The notes below the pieces were generated by a model. It saw only the letters and a list, made by a program, of their open reading frames with translations. It was not told the DNA's origin and ran no database searches. A stretch of 64,000 nucleotides of DNA from Octopus sinensis. Lineage: Eukaryota. Shown in pieces: positions 57,157 through 64,000 of the stretch. A program made the position numbers and the translations under genes. Location of the stretch: the NCBI RefSeq assembly GCF_006345805.1, contig NC_042997.1, positions 43,462,001-43,526,000 on the forward strand. Reading direction: 5' to 3'. How positions within the stretch are numbered: the stretch's first letter is position 1; every line of letters starts with the position of its first letter.

Positions 57157-57680
57157 TGCACATGTTTGCACATCAGCGGCACCAGAATTGTGACGATTTA
57201 TACTTAGCAAATAAACGAGAGAAGAAATATTATTAATTGAAATGACCCTTTATTTTCATCAACTTCTTAGATTTGTTGCAATTCACAGATGATTTGCCGT
57301 TCTGTTATCCATTCTGTAGGTAGTTAAATTCATTTTTTGTTGACTGCTAAAAGAACGGATAGAATAAGGAAATAAGGGGGGAAAAAGAGTAAGAGAATTT
57401 AAACTAAAGTTGTGTAGTCGCGCGATGACAGACCATACTTGAAGTGAGGGACAGACAGGTGTGCTCTTCTAGCAAGGGACAACGTGAATGAGACAGAACT
57501 GATTTTGGTTTCCGTATTTATATTTTTTCTAGCTAAATTGGTCAGGCTAGACAAAGGATTTTCTGTCTTGTCTGCCTGAGCCCTATTTAGCCGAAGAATG
57601 TTAACTTAAACAATAGACCTTAACTGTGACCGATGACTCTCATAATTTTTTAAGTTCAAAAGTCGAGAACAATTAGGGGA
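57157..57680. repeat. Unclassified interspersed repeat, copy 1
   Basis: Diverged direct repeat of 59703-60240. Confidence 0.75.
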
Positions 57681-59702
57681 GAACATATAGTTATATGTAG
57701 ACTGGGTTTCAAATCCTGTCTTAGAATCTAGGAAACTATTCGCTATATCACTCTTCCCTTAGAATGTTTGTCAAAAAACAAACGAACGATAATAAGAACA
57801 TTTACAGAAATGTGCTCTCTGCGAAAATCAAAGAAAGTTCAAAATTGTGAATGGAAAGTATGAAGTTACAGGTGCAAATGAAGCAAGGCCGGAAAGATCA
57901 CAGGTATCAGGAGAGAATCTGAGGTGATGCATACGAGACAAGTATCTATTTGAGTGGGTTCGAATATCATGCAATGTTGCTTTATGTACACGGGGTGCTG
58001 TCTGGGCTTCGTGTGTATCGTGTTCGTGGCAGCGTTAAGTAAGATTCAGTAACGGATTGCATATACATGTACAAGAAGACGGTGCAGTTGCGGAGATTTA
58101 GCTGAAAGAGCTGAGGCGGCGAGAGAGTGCATTCTCAAGGTTTAATTGGAAAATGTCTAACAGAAGTGTGTATTCTGTTGTAGGTGCCTTAAAATAAATG
58201 CAAAGGCCCAGTGTGTCTGGTGTAGTGGTCGAGTGAAATTGTTGCGGGTAAGCAAGAACGACAAAATGCAAGAGAGATACTGGTGCGTTGAGGAGGCAAG
58301 TAAACTTTCTCTCTCTTTATATATATATATCGTGGCCAAACCGGAGTCGTAAAGAGGAAAGTGAAGGTAGACTGGAAGCGTTGGTGCAGAGAGCATGGTT
58401 AGTGTTCCGTGATTCGAAAAGATCTCCGACGTGCGCTGAGTCGGGGAAAGTGAGCTGAGCAGGCACAGGCATGGGAAACAAGTTAATAAAGGCACAAATA
58501 TTAGATTGTATGCGTGATGTTAGCATGAGTGCATATATGTACCCATGAACCTTGATTATTTTTTAACGAGAAATACAGAATAGTGCAGCAAAAATTGACT
58601 AACCTGCGAAAAATAGCAAACATTTACGAGAAAACACGTGGCGACAACCATGCAATGAGGACAGTGTACGATAGCGTGTGCATGAGATAATGCTATGCCA
58701 GCGGCCAGAGAGAAAGGGACATCGTAAAAATGCATTGGACGCGAATTATTCGTCCTCGCGAAATGAACGTGGCATTAAATTTGAGAATAATTATGTTGTG
58801 AGGTTACAAACGTGCTATTATGGTGAACAAATAAAAGTGTGAAGGGCAGAAATGATAATTAACATGACGAAATAAAAAGTAAACGCAAGAACGAAGAAAT
58901 AAAGAATGACAGACTTGAATAAGTTGAGTGTTTGTTGCTAGTTATCTGGTACTAAAAAAGAATAGGTACATGGTAAGAAAAAGTTCTTGAGAATCTACAA
59001 AAATCTATATGCACAAGAATCTGTGTTGAATTGCGGAAGAATGCAGGATCTGAACTTCGGGGCGCGAGGCGAAAAGTGTGTGGCTGTCGAAAATGTCGGT
59101 TGCGGGCTTCCATAGTTTCAGCAATGCTGCTATGCAAGTAACAATTAGTTATTTGGATTGCAGTAGGTCCCGAGGATATGTAGGTTTGCAGAGATGCAAT
59201 CTGTTTGCTCTGAGGTGAGGCAATCTGGTTGTTTTGCGAGGAGGCGCCGCGGTCGGCTGCCTTTGCTATTAGCAGACACGTTATTCGCCAGTTGAAAGCC
59301 GGACTGACGAATTTCGATACGGGTCTGCAGTTTTTTGTTTCCTTACCAATTCACGGATGTAGCTTGATAGAGACAGTATAGCAAGTTGAAGAAGGATGCA
59401 TATAGGTTTCTTTTTGGCATGATTTGACAGTTTAAAGACTTCAGAGTAACTAGAAATGCAACAGAGATATTTCAATGAGATACGGTTTAAACGTCGGTTC
59501 TGATAATTCCGTTCACGTCCCCCAGCTGAGTCGTCCCTTGCAACATTGCAACATTGGTAGTGTTGCATAGGAATGCAACATTGGTAGTGAAGGCTGTAAT
59601 TGTTTAAGTCGGCTGTTGCAAGAATTTTATGATTATTGTAGCATTTCGTAGAGAATGCATTCAGTTCTTGGATCGTATGGTCACCAAAGTGTTTCGATTT
59701 TC

Positions 59703-60240
59703 TGCACATGTTTGCACGTTGGCGTCACCAAAATTGTTACAATGGTTTCATCAAAATAAACAAGAAAAGAAATATTAGTTGAAATGACCCTTTATTTTCA
59801 TCGTTACAATGTAGAGGACAACTTCTTAGACTTGTTGTTATACACAGATTACTTGCCGTTCTGTTATCCATTCTGTAGGTAGTTAAATCCATTTTTTGTT
59901 GACTGCCAGAAAAACGGATGGAAAAAAAGAAAGAGTAAGAGAATTTAGACAAGTAGAGAAGGTGAGAGTTGTGTAGTCGCGCGATGACAATCCATATTTG
60001 AAGTGAGAATTAGTCAAATATGATCTTCTAGCGAGGGGCCAAGTGAATGAGATAGAACCGATTTTGAGTTCCTTATTTATATTTTTGTAGCTAAATTAGG
60101 TTAGGTTAGACAAGGATTTTCAGTCTCTTATCTGCCTGAACCCAATTTAACTTAAGAATGTTAACTTAAGCAATAAACCTTAGCTTAATGTGACAGTTGA
60201 CTCTCATAAATTTCTAAGTTCAAAAGTCGAGAACAATAGG
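59703..60240. repeat. Unclassified interspersed repeat, copy 2
   Basis: Shares blocks such as GCCGTTCTGTTATCCATTCTGTAGGTAGTTAAAT and AAGTTCAAAAGTCGAGAACAAT with copy 1. Confidence 0.75.
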
Positions 60241-60485
60241 AAAGGTACTGGTAGTAAAACGTAGATTCAGTTTCGATTCCTGGCTTAGACTCTGGGAAGC
60301 TAATTGTTACACATTGGAAACGTGTTTTGAAAATGCTTCTTGTGTGCCTTTTAGCATCGTTTGAGGTCTCCACGGACTCCCTTGACGAACACATTATCAA
60401 ACACTACACTCATGTAATCCCATGTCTCCTTAAGTCGACAGTGGACACTGGGGATATCTGGTTTTATATTCCAGTAACGCAATAG

Positions 60486-60772
60486 AAAAGCTCCACGCGG
60501 CTCCGGCAGGGGATGGTGGTGATCCCTGCTGTACTCTTTCACCACAACTTTCTCTCACTCTTACTTCCTGTTTCTGTTGTACCTGTATTTCAAGGGGCCG
60601 GCCTTGTCACTCTCTGTGTCACGCTGAATCTCCCCGAGAACTACGTTAAGGGTGCACGTGTCTGTGGAGTGCTCAGCCACTTGCACGTTAATTTCACGAG
60701 CAGGCTGTTCCGTTGATTCGGATCAACCGGAACCCTCGTCGTCGTAACCGACGGAGTGCTTCCATCCATCCA
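60486..60772 (+). mobile_element. SINE family A, 5'-truncated
   Basis: Body and 3' end match the other five copies. The tRNA-like head is missing. Confidence 0.88.
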
Positions 60773-61654
60773 TAACGCAATAGAAGAGTTTTTAAGCTTT
60801 GTGATGAATCAATGAGGAGGTACCAGTCAGATGTTACATGAATCTGACACAAGATTTTGAAGAGCAGATAATGTGTGTGCCTTTATGATCTTTAAATAAA
60901 GTAAACTGGTCTTCTTCCGAACAGTCTTTTTCTCAAATTTAAAAACTTCTTGGCCGGTTTCACCTTCTTCCGGTATATTTGGCTTATCGTTGTAGAGAAT
61001 TTCTAGCATTTCGTTTCAGACACATCTTACGAAACGCTATTTATATATGTGTCAATGATAATATATTTACTTCGATGGAAAACCAGTTTGTCATTTGTAG
61101 AAATAGGTCAGCCGCAAACATTACCTTTTAAAACATAGAAGGCGATCAAACATATTTAGACATTTCTATTTAAGACCGAACCAATCACTAAACGCGTTTA
61201 CATGCTTTAAAAGAGTTTAGGACAATTCATACACCGATGCACGAACACGCACACCCACCGACACACAGACACTTCCACTCACCCCCCCACATACGCATAT
61301 ACTAATAAAAAGATGCTCTCGAACACAATGAACATAATTCGATGCAAAAATCAATATACGTAAAGACCACAGCATTTGAAGAAATGGTGCGATACATAAG
61401 TTCCAAATGCGTACAAACAAACATAAGTACGGAACGATTGTAAAAAAAAAAATAATTACTCTTAACTCATAAAAGAAGCGAAGCGCAGCCTTTCACAGAA
61501 ATCTTGTTGCAATATGGAGTTCCGTAACGCGAAACCATATGCATCAGACACAGTTGAGAAATAGGTTTTTCGTTATGGATTTCCACATTATGACAAAATT
61601 CTAAAGGACACCAAATTTCCGTAACACGAGGCTGACTATATTCATTTTTCATTG

Positions 61655-61718
61655 TATGTATGTATGTATGTATGTATGTATGTATGAATGTATGTATGTA
61701 TGTATGTATGTATGTATG

Positions 61719-61749
<31 letters not shown>

Positions 61750-61938
61750 GGTGTATGTATGGTGTATGTATGTATGTATGTATGTATGTATGTATGCATG
61801 TATGTATGTAAGGTGTATGTATGGTGTATGTATGTATGTAGTATGTATGTATGTATGGTGTATGTATGTATGTATGTATGTATGGTGTATGTATGTATGA
61901 TGTATGTATGTATGTATGAATGTATGTATGTATGTATG

Positions 61939-61969
<31 letters not shown>

Positions 61970-62157
61970 GGTGTATGTATGGTGTATGTATGTATGTATG
62001 TATGTATGTATGCATGTATGTATGTAAGGTGTATGTATGGTGTATGTATGTATGTATGCATGTATGTATGGTGTATGTATGTATGTTGTATGTATGTATG
62101 GTGTATGTATGTATGTATGTATGTATGTATGTATGTATGTATGTATGTATGTATGTG
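61655..62157. repeat. (TATG)n microsatellite with recurrent TAAGGTG interruptions
   Basis: Directly visible. It is the source of many spurious ORFs in the track. Confidence 0.95.
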
Positions 62158-62159
62158 TA

Positions 62160-62715
62160 TAAAAAAACGTACAAAAAGTACATAAAAGGCAACTGGAAGG
62201 AACTGCGAATCGATGTAAAAAAAATCTTGGAAAAGCTAGCTTTGGAAAGAGTGTAGGAAACATATGAGGGAAGGTTGTGAAACTTTTGGAAAGGGTCGCT
62301 TTGGGCACGAAAGGCTAAATCGTCGGCTTCGAAGGGATGTCAGCAGAATGTCGATGAAGACATGAAATGTTAGAGGTGTGAAATGTGTGGCTGTATACTC
62401 CTTTCTAAGGGAGGATATGTCCACCAACGTCCTCCCTTAAAGAGCAGTGATTCAACGTATGCAATATGTGGAAAGGTCTGCAACGGATTTCAAATCTGGA
62501 AAGACAATTAGCAGTACACAAAGATCGTACCTCCCAAAGTGACCCTTTCAACCCAGAGGAAGCTACAGCTTTCGCCTGTCATTTATGCTTCAAATCATGC
62601 AGATCTGCTGCAGGACTGAATAATCATCTGAGAGGTCATGAACGGAAAGCGAGAAGTGCCATTGACAACGAGGAAGTACAAAGAGTCGGCAATCATCTGT
62701 GAAGATGGAGCAATC
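62160..62715 (+). mobile_element. Degenerate RTE-like LINE 3' fragment
   Basis: KKTYKKYIKGNWKELRIDVKKILEKLALER, and a terminal CHLCFKSCRSAAGLNNHLRGH zinc-finger-like motif. Confidence 0.65.
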
Positions 62716-62719
62716 CCCA

Positions 62720-62862
62720 TGTAACGGGCTTCTTTCAGTTTTCGTCAACCAAATCTACTCATAAGGCTTTGGTCAACCCGAGGCTTTCGAAGAAAATACT
62801 CGCCCAAGGTATGAGCAGTAGGACTGAACCCGGAACCATGGAATTGGGAAATAAAGCTTTTT
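62720..62862 (-). mobile_element. SINE family B, partial (head region)
   Basis: GGGCTTCTTTCAGTTT...GGACTGAACCCGGAACCATG matches the family. Confidence 0.7.
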
Positions 62863-62884
62863 ACTACATACATATGCATGTGCC

Positions 62885-62922
<38 letters not shown>

Positions 62923-62999
62923 CGTACATATATACATACACACACACACATGTATAATTATGTATATGTATATGTATATATATATATTTGTGTGTGTGT

Positions 63000-63215
63000 G
63001 TGAGTGTGACCACGTGTGTATCTTTGACGATTTTCTTTCTCCGTCTTCCCTTCCTTGGACCTTTCTGTTTTCTGTTTCTGACGAAGAGTTCCGCTCGAAA
63101 CGTTAAATCCTTCTTTCTTTCCTTTCCTGAGCGTCCAATTACACTATACTTGTTCCACTTCCTTGCGTTGTTGTTTTTTCTCTCTGTGTTTTCATATCTG
63201 CATTAACTATATATA
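63000..63215 (+). mobile_element. Penelope-like element terminal (pseudo-LTR) fragment
   Basis: Pyrimidine-rich flanks around CTGACGAAGAG-TTCCG-CTCGAAACGTT, a hallmark of Penelope-like ends. Confidence 0.65.
63074..63108 (+). ncRNA. Minimal type I hammerhead ribozyme-like motif
   Basis: Core CUGACGA (63078-63084) plus an extra A, stem II GAG/CTC, GAAA (63097-63100), palindromic ACGT helix III and a short stem I GTTT/AAAT. Confidence 0.55.
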
Positions 63216-64000
63216 TATACATATACATATACATCAGTTGACAGGTTATACAGCAAATTGTTTTGTGAAATTACATCACAATATCACATTTAGCTCATCG
63301 AGTGTAGAACCAGCTTACGACTGTTTGAGTAATATTACGTAACCCCAGGAAACAAACGGTCCGCTCTACAAATCTGATATTGAGTATTGTCATCTCATCT
63401 ACATCATGATAATACATATGAGCTATACACACGCATATAATTCACAGTCACCAGACCATTTTATATATGGTTCGCTGTTTGCGCAAATGGATTGGCACAC
63501 AAACACAAAAAACAATATGACATGGCTTTAATTTGGATATAAATAACATCAGAGGTATATTATCTCGCGACAGCCAGTGATCCATTGAAGTGTAAGTGAC
63601 ATGGCTATTCAAATGGATAATATATACATATATAGCATATATAATTATACAATATAATGATACATGTAGCATAAATAATAGACATAATATAATATAATAT
63701 AATATAATATAATATAATATAATATATATATATATATATATAATGTGAAATAGAAAGATGAATAATCTTGTAGTAGATTAATCAAAAGTTTAACCGATAC
63801 CTTAGTAGCAAAAATCACAGCAGTGAACAGCACGGTTGGAGGTACAACACCATCTGGCGTTGCAACCGTGCGTTGGTGCGGATAATTGAAATTAAAACAT
63901 TATTGGTGAATTGAAGAAATGGAGCTGAACGCAGATTGAACAGAAATCGTTTTATTTCATTCTACACGTGTTTCGAAAGGCACAAATTACCAAAATCCGA

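Noticed and set aside
61467-62308. HTYI/MYVC ORFs up to 241 aa
   Set aside because: (TATG)n artefacts.
63955-64000. Minus-strand GAAAC-ACGT-GTA, resembling a second hammerhead helix III
   Set aside because: No CUGANGA core is visible before the window ends, so it cannot be supported.

Overview
AT-rich, repeat-dense eukaryotic genomic DNA. The SINE/RTE families and the (TA)n/(CA)n/(TATG)n load suggest an octopus genome; this is inference from repeat recognition. Two protein-coding genes could be assembled by hand from splice sites and reading phase. (1) The last three exons of a + strand ankyrin-repeat gene with a SOCS/BC-box-like motif (2869-9584); its 5' end was not found. (2) A - strand Ada2b/TADA2B-like SAGA adaptor gene (about 50126 down to 18919) with 18 phase-consistent coding exons, ZZ finger, SANT and ADA2 motifs, a GC-AG first intron, a possible long low-complexity N-terminal extension, several symmetric linker exons and no recognisable SWIRM domain. 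Between them lies a 5'-only processed pseudogene of PPP4R4 split by a young tRNA-derived SINE with a 12-bp TSD. The remainder is SINEs, RTE/CR1/Tx1-like LINE remnants, piggyBac-type MITEs, a Helitron-like non-autonomous element, a Penelope-like end with a minimal hammerhead motif, micro/minisatellites and several recent local duplications, including a 196-bp fold-back. No CRISPR array, rRNA or genuine tRNA gene was seen, and I found no convincing wholly new biological system. Most ORFs in the supplied track are repeat artefacts.
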